DNA from: Mytilus edulis
Taxonomy: Eukaryota
Assembly: GCF_963676685.1 (NCBI RefSeq)
Contig: NC_092346.1
Span: 60,698,001-60,762,000 of the forward strand
Length of the DNA: 64,000 bases
Direction of reading: 5' to 3'
The notes below the pieces were generated by a model that was not told the origin of the DNA, did not search any database, and saw nothing but the letters and a program-made list of their open reading frames with translations. The position numbers and the translations under genes are program-made. Shown here in pieces: positions 1 to 12,900 of the stretch. Each line of letters begins with the position of its first letter. Position 1 is the first letter of the stretch.

Positions 1-388
1 AGTAATGTTATTTTCATTTATTATTAAAGACCTCTTCCGTTAGCCAGTTGTACATATGTTATGAATTGTCAATCATAACATGTATAAAACTGTTGTCTTC
101 TGCTTAAAATCAAGAAGTAAAAACCTAAGATAAAAGCACTTTGTTTATACTTAAGGAGGCTCGAGGGTATAAAATTTAAATTACAGTTTTTCCTTATAAT
201 TTGTTGATTGAAACCTCTTAACATATGGATGAAAAAAATGCAAAAAAAATAGGGGGTCACCGACCATCTAAGCGAGTTACCGACTGCTAAAAAAATAGGG
301 TTTTCCCTCATAAATCGATCAATTTTTACAAAGACTAATAGGGGATTTTGCACCTCCTTTACCTTAATCTTTAAGTATGGAGAGAACT

Positions 389-1220
389 AAATTACAGATT
401 TGTATAATACTTTCCATTCTAAGAGAGTTGATATTAAAGTACAAAAAAAGCCAAAAAAAATTGGGGGTCACCGACCTTTTAAGAGAGATAGATCACCAAT
501 AGTGTGAAACCATGGCAACCAAAAATGGTAATTTTTGAAAAAAAAATCAACTTTTCTTCCGTTTTTTTGGCTTTACCTGTACAGAAATAAAATCTGTTTA
601 TGGTTTACAGTACACATGATTGATATGCAGCCTATCATCTAGTTTAAGGTCATTTGATAAATTCTTAAGGTCAAAGGTGAAGACTATAAGGTACAAAAAA
701 TGTACATAGAAGTGCTAAATTTATGCTATTTTTTAAAGTTTTGATAAAACTTTAATAAGATCATTCGCTAAGTTAAATCTAAATTACAGATTTGTATTAT
801 ACTTTCCATTCTGAAGAGAGTTGGTATTGAAGTATAGAAAAGGCAAAAAAAATTGGGGGTCACTGATCTTTTAAGAGAGATAGATCACCAAAAGTGTGAA
901 ACCATGGCAACCAAAAATGGTAATTTTTGAAGAAAAAAACATTTTTCATTCATTTTTTTGGCTTTACCTGTATAGAAATAAAATATGTTTATTGTTTGCA
1001 GTACACATGATTGATATGCAGGCCAACATCGAGTTTTAGGTCATTTGTTAAATTCGTAAGGTCAAAGGTTAAGGCTATAAGGTACATAGAAGTGCTAAAT
1101 CTATGTTATTTTTGAAAGTTTTGTTAAAACTTTAATGAGATCATTCGCTAAGTTAAACCTAAATTACAAATTTCTATTATACTTTCCATTTTGAGAGAGT
1201 TGGTGTTGAAGTTCAGAAAA
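389..1220. repeat. Subterminal ~390-bp tandem duplication inside the Kolobok end (about 2.1 units)
   Basis: AAATTACAGATTTGTAT..TACTTTCCATT recurs at 389, 781 and 1161; GGGGGTCAC(C/T)GA motif near 253, 463 and 855. Confidence 0.85.
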
Positions 1221-2632
1221 ATATAGTCATTCTGGTACTGATAATAAGATAGATTTTAAATTTACAAAAAATCTTAATTTTTTTCAAGTAGTCACTGAAC
1301 TATAAAAATGAGGTCAAAGACATATGACATATGACTGAAAGAAACTTCGTAACGTGAGACATTCATATACAAATTATGAAGCATCCAGGACTTTCACCTC
1401 CTTAAATATAAAGCTTTTCATGAGTTAGCTAACGCTGCCTTCGCCAGATCACTATCCCTATGTTGAGCGCAGACTTGACAAAAAATATTCCTCCACTTTT
1501 CCTCCAAGTTTGACATGAGATAACTCTAATAATGCTAACCTCATTATAGTTCAATGAAAAAATAAAATAGGTGCATAATGCATTATGTCTCCTTGAAAAC
1601 TTCCTGACTTGCATGTCACACTTTTTTTTTTATTAAAGAGTTAATGCATATGGTTTAGATTAAGATGTTGTTTGTGTCTGTCCCAAGTCAGGAGACATTT
1701 AGTTCAGTGTTTGTGGTATGTTGCTGTATATACAATGACATGTATCTTTATTTTCATGTATTGTTCTGTACATGAATCAGGCCTCTGGTGATTATACATG
1801 TTATAAGTATCAATGGTCCAGGCCGAATCTTTATCGTGACATGTATATCATATCCTATCCACATTTGTGATAGGGCATAATGCATTATAATCTTAGTTTC
1901 TACATAAAATACAAATAAACAACTTGCAGTATAGGTGTCATTTATAATTATAACCATTTATTTGTGGACATACTTATGGTCCCATACATTTACAGATCCA
2001 TATATATTGTTACATTTAATCCAAAACCAATTAACTAATGACATTGTTTAAAAGTATGGTTTGATTAATGACACTTCTGATTCATATAATAAGACATTTG
2101 GACTATTATACTAACTGGACTAGAAACCATAACATCAAGCAGTGTAATAAACGAAGCAACATCATGGTCATTAGAACTATATTTTACAATATAGATCAAA
2201 ATTTAAATTGACATTGTTTTTAATGTAAACTAGTGATATTGGTGGCTCTTTCTTTTAATTGTCAATAAAATAACACCACTTGTTCAATACTTTGATGGGA
2301 AAATAAACAAATGTACTATGTATTGTTTCAATCCCTACAGAATGTCTTGAGAGGAAGATTTTCATTAAGATTAATCAATGAACCATTTACATTCAGACAG
2401 GATGGCTATCTTTCTTTAACAATTGCAACTAATATCGGTCAACACTTAAAAAAGTCATTTATTGATAGAAATAAATTCATCTGGAAAGTTCTAAAATTCT
2501 GTGTATAAAGCAGGAGATTATACAAAAACTATTTACAGACAAGTCATGATTGGTGATGAAAATTGCCAAAAAGGTTAGCTGAAAAGATATACATGTAATA
2601 TATAAGTCAATATAATTACAAAGAATTATCAA

Positions 2633-5600
2633 CTAGCTTTCAGGTGTTAGGAAGTCAAATATTTTGCGAATGACCTTCATACAATTTGTGACTCGAACAT
2701 TTCCTCTGTCAGTTTTTTCAGACAATAAAGCTTTTAATCCTTCTAGACCCATTCTCTCAATAGACAGTTTCAGATGAGAAAGCTTTAAGTTGGATTTTGA
2801 TGCCTTCAAAGCAGTGGCTCGTGATACTGCTTTACAAGCAATGGCTTCATTGTAAGACTTCAAATTGTCTTGCTGGACTATACAGTCATAAGGATGACTT
2901 ACAGGAAATACAAATGCATCCAGATTGTTTAAGGCTTTTGAGGTTAATAATTTAAACAATGCTCTAGTGTCATCAACTGCATTGTGTGCACAATAGTTTT
3001 CACCGAGAATATGTGACACCAATGAAGTTTGAGAATATGATGGTAATCCTGGCATTATCTTCTTAAATAGCTCCAGAGTGTCTACAAACCCACATACATG
3101 AGATGAAAACTCATTCCACATCTGATTTGCCTTTAAAGAATAATACAAAACATGGCAGTCGAATCGTTTGATGTTGTGTCCTACTAGAATTGGCTTTGAT
3201 GGATATTTGGAAAGAAATGTTATAAAATCAGTGAGAGCTTCATGTGGTAACTTGTACGAAACAGGTTGTAAATCATAAAACATCTGATTAGCAGAAACGG
3301 TAATTTTTGTTATTTCGGAGGCCTGTATTGAGATTGGTTGGTTTGGAAAGATGTAACTGCTAAATTCATTATTGCTTGAAGTTGCAGCAATCTGTATAAC
3401 ATCTGATGTTCTATCTGGAAGAAAAAATATTTAAATATTTCTCAATTTATACAAAATATGTCACCTGCTAATTTTATAGTTTTAGCAATTGACGTATTAA
3501 CCTTATCACCAAAATGAATTGACAAGTGTGCACACCCTGAAATGTCTCGTCTTCTTTACTAATCATTGATATTATGTTGATAGTTCTAAGCATAAAGCTT
3601 AATTACAACTGTCACATAAACTTAACATTAACCAAGATAACTAAACAAAGACCAATAAACCATAAAAATGAGGTTAAGGTTAGATTACCCATGCCAGGCA
3701 GACATGTACAGCTAACAAGTTCCATACAACCAATATAGTTGACATATTACTTATAGTTTAAGAAAAATAGACCAAAGCACAAACACTGTGCAATGAACCG
3801 TGAAAATGAGGTCACATAAAGTAAAACCTGCGTGATTGACATACAGATCATAAAATATTTCCATACACCAAATATAGTTGACCTATGGCATATAGTATTA
3901 GATAAAAAGACCAAAAATCAAATACTTTACTTTGACCACTGAATTAAATTTTTTTTTAATTTTAAATGTTAAACTTGTTTTATATTTTTAAAAGGACTTA
4001 CATAGGCTTGTAGTTTCTAAATCAAAGACTACCAGTGGAGCTGTAGAAATATCTATCGGTATACATAAAGATGCATTCATTGGAGCAGGGATTTCTTCAT
4101 CTAACTGCTCATTGTCCATTCCTATAACACATTAAGTTTTGTAAAGACAAAATTGCAGATTTTAATTGTTACATACATGTATGGTATAAAATGTTTTTGT
4201 ACATATGTTTGAGTGCATAACTTTGCATCAATTTAACAGACAAATAAACAGGCTCTCCCCTTAATAGACAACTGTATTGTATTTGAAGATCTTTACCTAA
4301 TGGATAATTTTTTCCCAATGTCATGCTTTGGTTATTGAGATATATACATTTGCAAGCAAAATTCTACATTTGCAAGCAAAATCTACATTTTATCCATATT
4401 TCTAGTTTAAGCCATGGCAACCATCTTGGTAAGCTGGCCGGGTCATTAAACACATTTTTTTAACTAGATACCCCAATAATGATTACGTCTGGTTGAATTT
4501 GACCCAGTAGTTGCAGAGGAGAAGATTTTTGTAAAAGTTAACAGATGATGGACAACAATCAAGACAGATGAAGGAAGCTAAATGCAAAGTGATGAGAAAA
4601 GCTCACTTGGCCCTTTGGGCAAATTGAGCAAAAGATGAATATCTTAAATTGAAACTGTGTCAGAAGAGCAATACATTACGCCATTTTTATGAGGGCTTGG
4701 ATAAAATTTAAAAAAAGGGCAGGATAGAAGTTCTGATTAAAGAAAATGCAATGCGATTTACCTATTTCACTTTCATAAGTTCTTCCTTCTCTCATTTCAA
4801 CTCCGGTACTTTTCACTGATCTTTCTTTTTTTAGATTGATTCTTCTTTTTTTGTGTTGCTTTGTTTTGGCTCTTTCAGATTTTTTATCCCTCTTTCCATT
4901 CAATCGTATAGCCCTCTTGATAGTCTCATTCCCTGGTGACAATCCAGCTGCTTCACTCACCTTAAAATATAAATAAAAAACAAAATGTATAAATAAGATA
5001 TGAGTATCGTCCTAAAAGTTATTTAAGAATTGACTGTTTCTTTTTGTTTAAAATTTTAAGTTTGATGTAAAAGCATTGATCAAGGCACATGTTATATTTA
5101 GTTAGGTTTGTTAACACATACCCCATTTCAATTTTAAATTTTATTTCTTAAAATAACATTTCACCTTTGAAATATACTGGTTGTATAGTGAGATAACAGA
5201 TCTCCCTTAACTTGTTTTTAAACATTAGGGAGCCATTATTGAATTTCAGTTGGGGGAGGGGGTATAACTGTTGTGGGAGTAAAACAAAATATTTTCGCAC
5301 TAAGTTATTGCATTGAGTCTATGATGCAAATAATATTTTTTTCAAAATTAAAAACTATCGGTGGAAATTTTGATACAGAATATTTTTTGTCATTTGATCG
5401 AACAGAATATTTTTTTTCATCAATATACATCAAAATAACTTTATTATGGAAAAAAACATAAAAGTGTAATTAGCAAATAATTAATATTACCTTTGACACA
5501 TAACCATATCCCTCATTCTTTTGTAAAACTGCGGCACTGACACGATAATTTAAACTGGAGGAGCCCGAATAATGTTTATTCTTTGCTGCCTTGGTCGAGA

Positions 5601-8600
5601 CCGTATGGTTAAAGCTCTCATTTGCTTGGGAACTGGCAAGTTTTGATAGTTTCTTTGATTGGCTCTCTATTTTTCCAAGAAACAATTTCTCCAGATCAGC
5701 TCTGAGACTTTCAGATTTCAAGTCCTTTCCGAAAGGTAAATTTGTGTGCCTGTATGACGCTCTGTCTTTTAAAAAACCACACCATTTTATATCACAGTTT
5801 TCGTGTTTCCCATACATATGATCAATCATCCCTCTTACTCCTTTTTCTATTTTTTCTGGAGAACCTTGATTTTGTGCCAACATGTATGAATAGTTCTTGG
5901 TAATTGAATTGATAACCATTGGTGTCAACTCTTTTTGCTTTGGTTTAAGAGTGTAAAGCTTTTTGGTGACATTTATGATGATATGATTTCTGTCGCTTGT
6001 TTTTACCATTTTCGAATTTGGTAGTAGTTTTTTTACCCGGTCAAACCCAACCGAATCGTCATCACCTGCCAGTTCATTTATATTGATATCTTGTTCATGT
6101 ACATCTTTCACTAACTGAACTACCATGTCTGGTTCCATGCCTTTTGCTGTTCCTGACCAGTTTTTCTTACAGTTGTGGGGTAACGGTGGTCCTCCCTTCT
6201 TTTGTGCATTCCGACATATACGGCAACCAGCAATTCTGAGGGTGTGATGCACAATTTTCCCTGTTTTTTCCCCTATCAGTGAGGCCACACCTGAAAAGTG
6301 AAATACATACATGTATGCTAATGCAAGTAAGTGTAAAAATTTTAATATGGAGTTATCATGTTGCTATACTACTCATTTAAAATGATTGTTTAATTTTTTT
6401 TATTTGGTTTGCATATCTATAAATACTTGACTTGGTTAAGTCAATTCAAATTTTTCTCTTGGTTTAAAATTAGATAATTCATGTTGCCGAAACTCATTTC
6501 ATAATCTGTTTATGCATGCTACACATGCTTGCAGGGATCCTATGTTTTTCAGCAAATTGAGATTGAATAACAAATAATAATTACCAGCTATGCAGGGCAC
6601 AGCTTGATACTTAAGTTAATGTCCGAACACTAAGTGATTCCCATTATGATTAAACAAATTTTTCAAAGAAAAAGGGGGGGGGGGGGGGCGCCCTGAAAAA
6701 ACCCTATAAATCTCCCTCTCAGGATTCACAAATATTTGGCTGAAGAATTATCAGGATTATGGGGGCTCGCAGGTCTAAATCATTTTTTTTATTTAATATA
6801 AGATTTTGCTAATTTTTTCTATAAATGAACTTTATCTTATACCTAATAAAAAAATGAAATAAAAAAGAGGGGTAACCGATCATTTACGCTCACAATCTGC
6901 CTTCGAAAGAAACATACATTTTGTAAATGTCCTTTTTCTGTTGAACTAATAGGAGGAGAAAAAGATGTAATGTCGAAATAAAAAAAGAAATCAAGTACAG
7001 AAATCGCTTAAATTTTACAATTATTTAGTTTATGTATATAGCTTATTTGAAAACAACAATAAAAAATATAGGTCACCGATGAGTAAAAAAAAAGATATTT
7101 CAATTTTCATGCCAAAAAATTGCATTTTTGCACCAAAGGGAGATAATTTCGAGCTTTTTCAATGATATCTTCCTTTAAAAAGTCAGCTGGGGCCAACACA
7201 AATTAATTTTTTGGAATGATTTTTGTGCCATATGATAAAGTAACAACTACTTAAGGTAATTTATAAAATTTGTTAAGAAAATTAAATGTTTAATTTTTTT
7301 CTGAATATCTTATACCCGCGAGCCTCCTTAAGCACAGTTTTTGTCTGAATTTGGTGTCCATACTTTTCAAATCTGTTCTAAGATGGGCATTTTATAACTA
7401 TATACGAATGTATATGGAGCATGATTTTTTTCTTTCTATTTTAATATTTGTATATTTGTACCATTTCTTTAATTATATTACCTGCACATTTTTTGGGTCC
7501 TATTATAAGTCCAATATGATTTTATATTTACCTGACAAACTATTATAAGCCCTTCCGGAACCTTTTTTTTGCCAACATGTGTCTGTGGATGCATTAATAC
7601 CTGCTTGTTCATTACCCTCTGTAAAAAAATATTAGATTTGTAGTGCAGTACCTGGAAGTCATGTATTTAAAATCAGATATCCAGCCCTAAAGACATAAAC
7701 CAAAAGGTAAAACTTAAGCATTAAAAATATACCAAATTGGCTCCAGTGTTGTAGAGCCAAATTGTTCTTTACTTTATACATCAGGACTTAAGCTGAGAAT
7801 TATCACTGATTTAATATGAAATGTTTTCATAGAAATAAACCTAAACACAAAACTTAACCACAAAATTAAGGTATTAAAGTGATTGTGGCACCTTCATCTT
7901 ATCGTTAGCTATTTATTCAGTCATTTCATATATACTGAGCCAAAAAAGTTTATATACAATAAAAGAAAAGTTCCTAACTGATTATCTATAAAATATATAA
8001 ATATAATTGTTTTTTATCCTGCAATTAGAAAACTTATGTACAAATTACAGGTATAAAAGTATATTTTTGCCTAACCAGTTCGTTTTAGGGTCTTCTTCAT
8101 GGTCCACATTTCAACTAAATGTATGTCAATTTTTTTTAAATGTAGTTTTTGAGTTTTTTCAGGATTTACACAATATATGTACATAGATGGAAAATATATT
8201 ATTTATTTATACTTGCTAGGAAACAGGAGAACAGCTTGGCAGTTTAACACATACATGTATTGTATAGGCATTAACATATACATGTCAATATATAAAATGA
8301 CATTGGTAAAAGTTGTAAGCCATTGTATCTACAATGAACATGTATATGCAAATGACAGGATCTGGACTATTATTTTTACAAAATTATTGTATTAAATTTT
8401 CATTCAAACCTGCATCAATGGTCATGGACTGGAAAGCTTCATCGAGTAAAAACTTCCTTTCTGAAGCATTTGCCTGATACTCCATTATATCCCCAACCTC
8501 ATTTTCTCTTGATTTTAGGGACTTGTGGTGAGGATAATGCACATTCATGGCAGCAAGTAAATTGTTCAGCTGTGTTTCACCAATACCTGCATGAATCATA

Positions 8601-11600
8601 CCTGTTAATATAAAAAAAAATACAAAAATATAAAATAACAAGCAATTTAAAACACCAGCAAAATTGTAAGAGTACATATAGCTTAAATTATACCATATTT
8701 AGACCATATGTTTATGTACATGTAGGAAATTGAAAAGTAAGCAAAATTAATTTTGTGACAATGCAAAATAGGGAATTATTATGTCTGACCAGGATGAAAT
8801 TGTATTTTTCAAATTATCACACTACATGCAGCTGATTTTAGTTCTGGTGTGCTAATATTATATACAATAAATCTTGCAAATTCAAAATTTAAGAGGATTT
8901 CCATGCTGACAATTAAGATTGACATGTGCATAAAGATACTCTGACATTACCATTATCAAAAAGTGAACTCTTATTCAGTTTCTTGTTGGCTGGCATTAAA
9001 AACAGAGGACATTATCAAGTTCACTACCTCATCATTTGCCCTACCCTATTCATTTAATGTGCAATACATGTACTGTGTACCCAATTTTTTTTTTAATAAT
9101 TCTTGTATATGAATACTATCAAATGACTATTTTGGTTATTAAATTAAATTTCCTCAATTTTACAGTTGATATTTTACTTTAATGCATCATGTAGCATTTT
9201 GAAATTAAACAAAAAACAAATATGCTCTTTAAATTTGAATTGTCAGAACTTCAGATAAGGGATTGTTCAATATTTATCAGATGGATGGGCCGGTGCAAAA
9301 TGGGGCGGGGCAAGAACTTTTTTTAATATATATAGTGGATGGGCTAGAACTTATTTTATTGGAAAAAATGCTCTCAATTTTATCGGTGTGTAGGAAATTT
9401 CTTTTGAAGGCACAAAAAACATAAGGGACATGGTCTCAACAATAATTTTCAGTTTGGGCTAAATCCAGATAGTCATCTTTTAATTTTTTTATAACTTTTT
9501 CAAATCAACATGAATTTTCATGAATCTCTACAATAATTTCATTTATATATTGATCTTACAGAATACCAGGTTGTTTGGTAGTTAAGTGAATTGCTGTCAT
9601 TCTATGGATTGAATAAATAGGTTAAAAAAAAGCAAATTTTACTGTTTTGGCTAAATCCAGATAGTCATCTTTTAATTTTTTTATAACTTTTTCAAATCAG
9701 CATGGATTTTCATAAAACTCTATAATTATTTCATTTATATATTGATCTTACAGAATACCAGGTTGTTTGGTAGTTTGGTGTATTGCTGTCATTCTATGGA
9801 TTGAATAAATAGGTTAAAAAAAAGCAAATTTTACAGTTTTGGCTATATCCAGATAGTCATCTTTAATTTTTTTCATAACTTTTCCAAATCAAGTGTCATT
9901 TTCATTAAACTCTATAATTGCTTCATTTATATATTGATCTTACAGAATACCAGGTTGTTTGGTAGTTTGGTGTAATGCTGTCATTCTATGGATTTAAAAG
10001 AAAGGTTAAAAAAGCTAAAAATTTCAGTTTAGGCTATATCCAGATAGTCATCTTTAATTTGTTTATATCTGTTTCAAATTAACATGGATTTCCATAAAAC
10101 TCCATAGCTATTTCATTATATATTGATCTTACAGAATACCAGGTTGTTTGGTAGTTTGGTGAATTGGTGTCATTCTTATGGATTTAATAAAAAGATTAAA
10201 AAAAGCTTAAATTTTCAGTTTAGGCTAAATCATTGGATAGTCATCTTTAAACTTATTTATAACTTTTTTAAATCAATTTAGATCTTCATATAACTCTACA
10301 GCTATCTCATTTATATAATAATCTTACAGAATGCCAGGTTGTTTGGTGTTTAACATTAATACAATCAAATTTACGGAATTAATTAATTGGTGAAAAAGGG
10401 TGCATCAAAGTCAAAAACATGTCTGCCTAAATTAATTAAAAAGACCATAATTTCTTTTTTGAAAAGTAGATTACATAAAGGGACATAATGACAATGGTAT
10501 TTGATCTATATTTAACATGCGGTGTTATTAAGACAATAATTAGTAATTCAGCATATGATAATAGTTTTACTAGTCCAAGAGTTATTGTCTCTTAGTTTAG
10601 ATTATTTCCTTTATTTTTTAAAATCAATATTGTATCTGAGGATGCAAATATAAAATCAAATATATACATGTATACTCATACTGGTTTTTAAAAAAAACAA
10701 TAAAATGTATGGTTCTGATACACACATGAATATATTTATTATATATAAATGGAATTAACAAGCACATTTTAAATTTTGTATTTACACCAAAGTCTATTTT
10801 TTGATTTCAAGACATAAATTTGCAAACTTACAAATAGAAAAAGAAATTTAATATTTTTTGATTGTTTTAAGCTTTAGATGGGCAAGGACTTTTTTTACAG
10901 ATTTTTTGAGATGGGCAAGGACTTTTTTTCAGAATTTAAAAGGATGGGCAATCACTTTTTTAATGAATCAATATTAAGAATGCAAAGGCCCATCCATCTG
11001 ATAAATATTGAACGGTCCCTAAGATGTCTTAAAATAACATTAAGTTTCATGTAATGTATCAACCTGTGGCCACTAATAATTCTAATATGGCTAAGCCAGT
11101 CTTGGAATTAAGTATTTTCTGGACTTTTCATAGTTTATTACAAACATATATTTATAAATGTATATATAATCTGCCTCACCAAGTTTGTGTGTTTGTAACA
11201 TGTTTTCTGCTTTTTATTGATCTGATGAGATATAAAAATAAGCCCTTTTCAACTGTCAGCTTATTCTATTTTGTTCATAAATTGTGCTGAATATGTACAA
11301 CACTGTCCTAAGAAGGGCACCAGCAAAAAATTTAACCCCTCCATATTCTGTATGCTCTTGTGCCAAGTAAGGTGTCTGTGATTCAGTGCTTCAATTTGAT
11401 TTAATGCTGTGTAACATATTTATTTTTCATTTATTGCTAAGATTAAACATTTCATAAAATTGTAAGTTTTTTTGTTTGAATTGTTTTACAATTATCATTT
11501 GGGGCATTTATAGCTGACTATACTATACATGTATGTGGTATGGGTTTTGCTCATTGTTAAAGGTTGGATGGTGACATTCAGCTGTTAAATTGTATGTATT

Positions 11601-12366
11601 TGGAGTCTGTTGGTAAAATGGTCTTATTAGCAAACATACCACAACTTTTTTTTTATACATAATACATTTTTCATGTATGCAATGACCAAGCTATATCTTA
11701 TAATTGAAAGAACATTGGTTTACCTGCAGCTAATTTTGTATTTACATCAAATCTACCAACTCCTCTTTTATTCTTATTTGCATAATGTGTTTTCCCTAAT
11801 CTAATTTTAGCAACATCTCCACATTCTGAACATTGTACATACAAAATACCAGCAACACCATAAGGTTTAACTCCCAATGAATTTTGTAAGTGTAAGGGCT
11901 CTTCACATTTTGAACATTGTTTCAACTGCTGAACAATATAGTCCAGTTCAACCACATATCGACAGTGGTTTAGTGGTAGTAAATCAGAGGGTAGCGGTAA
12001 GAAGTCAAAGTCAACATTTATATCATTATCATCATCAATTACTACTTCATGAATATGATCTTCTAAATTAGGTTCAACCTCAAAAGCATCATTTATACAT
12101 AATTCAGATGTTTCAATTGTTTTCGGTTTGGCATATGAGTGGTCAGGTTCTAACTCTGAGTTTTGATTATGGACCGGGTCAAATGAAGGGCTATTGTGGT
12201 GGTCAGGTTCTAATATGTTTTGAGAATCTGAATCAAGTGGTGAAATATTGTGGTGGTCTGATACTGATAGCAATCCACTTCTATGAAACACTAGCCCACT
12301 GATCCTTTTGTCTTTCTCGAAATTCTTCTTTTTTGAAAATTTTCCTTGTTTGTTTCTTTTAGGCAT
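2633..12366 (-). CDS. Spliced Kolobok DDE transposase with C-terminal DEDDh 3'-5' exonuclease, ~940 aa
   Basis: Exons 12366-11724, 8601-8410, 7618-7532, 6290-5491, 4960-4762, 4121-4002, 3414-2633; all GT-AG, phases consistent, total 2823 nt = 940 aa + stop. Transposase motifs: CxxC..CxxC zinc ribbon, STDTCWQKKGSGRAYNSLSG (D1), HNCKKNWSGTAKGME, AGDDDS (D2), HMYGKHENCDIKWC, QANESFN (E), EGRTY. Exonuclease motifs: VVFDLETT (ExoI), GHNIKRFD (ExoII), FVDTL, AHNAVDD (ExoIII). Confidence 0.88.
6761..7327 (+). mobile_element. Non-autonomous Kolobok MITE sharing termini with the enclosing element, inverted, in transposase intron 3
   Basis: Starts GGGGGCTCGCAGGTCTAAAT, ends TATACCCGCGAGCCTCC; flanked by TTAT/TTAA; internal GGTAACCGAT and GGTCACCGAT motifs like those in the large element's subterminal region. 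Confidence 0.85.
9259..11019. mobile_element. PIF/Harbinger-type non-autonomous element carrying an internal ~191-bp tandem array
   Basis: TAA TSD (9256-9258, 11020-11022); ~33-bp TIR GGGATTGTTCAATATTTATCAGATGGATGGGCC / GGCCCATCCATCTGATAAATATTGAACGGTCCC. Confidence 0.85.
9448..10350. repeat. Tandem array, unit 191-192 bp, ~4.7 copies
   Basis: GGCTA(A/T)ATC..GATAGTCATCTTT recurs at 9457, 9649, 9841, 10032 and 10223. Confidence 0.9.
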
Positions 12367-12900
12367 TGTTTAGCAGACGATACTATATTTTACGATTGTC
12401 GTGATTTTATAACAAAGAATCATCATTCAAGGATTTACAAAATTTCATTGACTAATTCTGAACATACCTTTTACATACTCACCACTTATCTCTTTCTTTG
12501 GGTGGATCTACGTGTTGAAAATTAGTAATACAGCTTAAAAATATACCGAAATGAATACAAATTATCACAAACATTGATAGTCATTCTAGTATAGATATAA
12601 AAGCTGGTTACTTGTCGAAATATTGAAAGCAAGTTTCTTCCGAGATTCCAAAATGGCGTATCTCGATGTCAACAAACCGTAAAAGAGTCGACTTTGAAGT
12701 TTCAAATACCGTCTTCAATTTAATTTCTGTGAATTATGAATCGAAAAAACAGTAACCTAGAACAGAAATAGCTAGTGTTTTATAAATGTTTATTATCAAG
12801 AAGAAAGTAAATATTTTGCGACGTTCGAACCGATTACCGTAATGGATGCGCACCAATCAACTCAACGGGCGCGAAAATTTAAACCCGCGAGCCCCCTTAA

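Larger units (their letters stand above)
155..12896 (-). mobile_element. Autonomous Kolobok-superfamily DNA transposon encoding a transposase-DEDDh exonuclease fusion
   Basis: TTAA at 151-154 and 12897-12900 (TSD). 23-bp imperfect TIRs: GGAGGCTCGAGGGTATAAAATTT (155-177) versus the reverse complement of 12874-12896, GGGGGCTCGCGGGTTTAAATTTT (4 mismatches). Purine termini and TTAA TSD are Kolobok hallmarks, and the element encloses a spliced Kolobok-type transposase gene. Confidence 0.9.

Noticed and set aside
155-2632. Second Kolobok protein (KolX) downstream of the transposase
   Set aside because: Only short AT-rich ORFs and repeats; no coding signal found.
8076-8114. Possible 39-nt phase-1 micro-exon (VEMWTMKKTLKRT) in Kolobok intron 2
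   Set aside because: AG/GT and phase fit, but there is no motif support and it is not needed for the frame; left out of the model pending RNA data.
9448-10350. Regularly spaced repeats as a CRISPR-like array (also 18580-19150, 31450-31900, 48906-49680)
   Set aside because: Whole units are homologous with no unique spacers, there are no cas genes, and the context is eukaryotic TE sequence.
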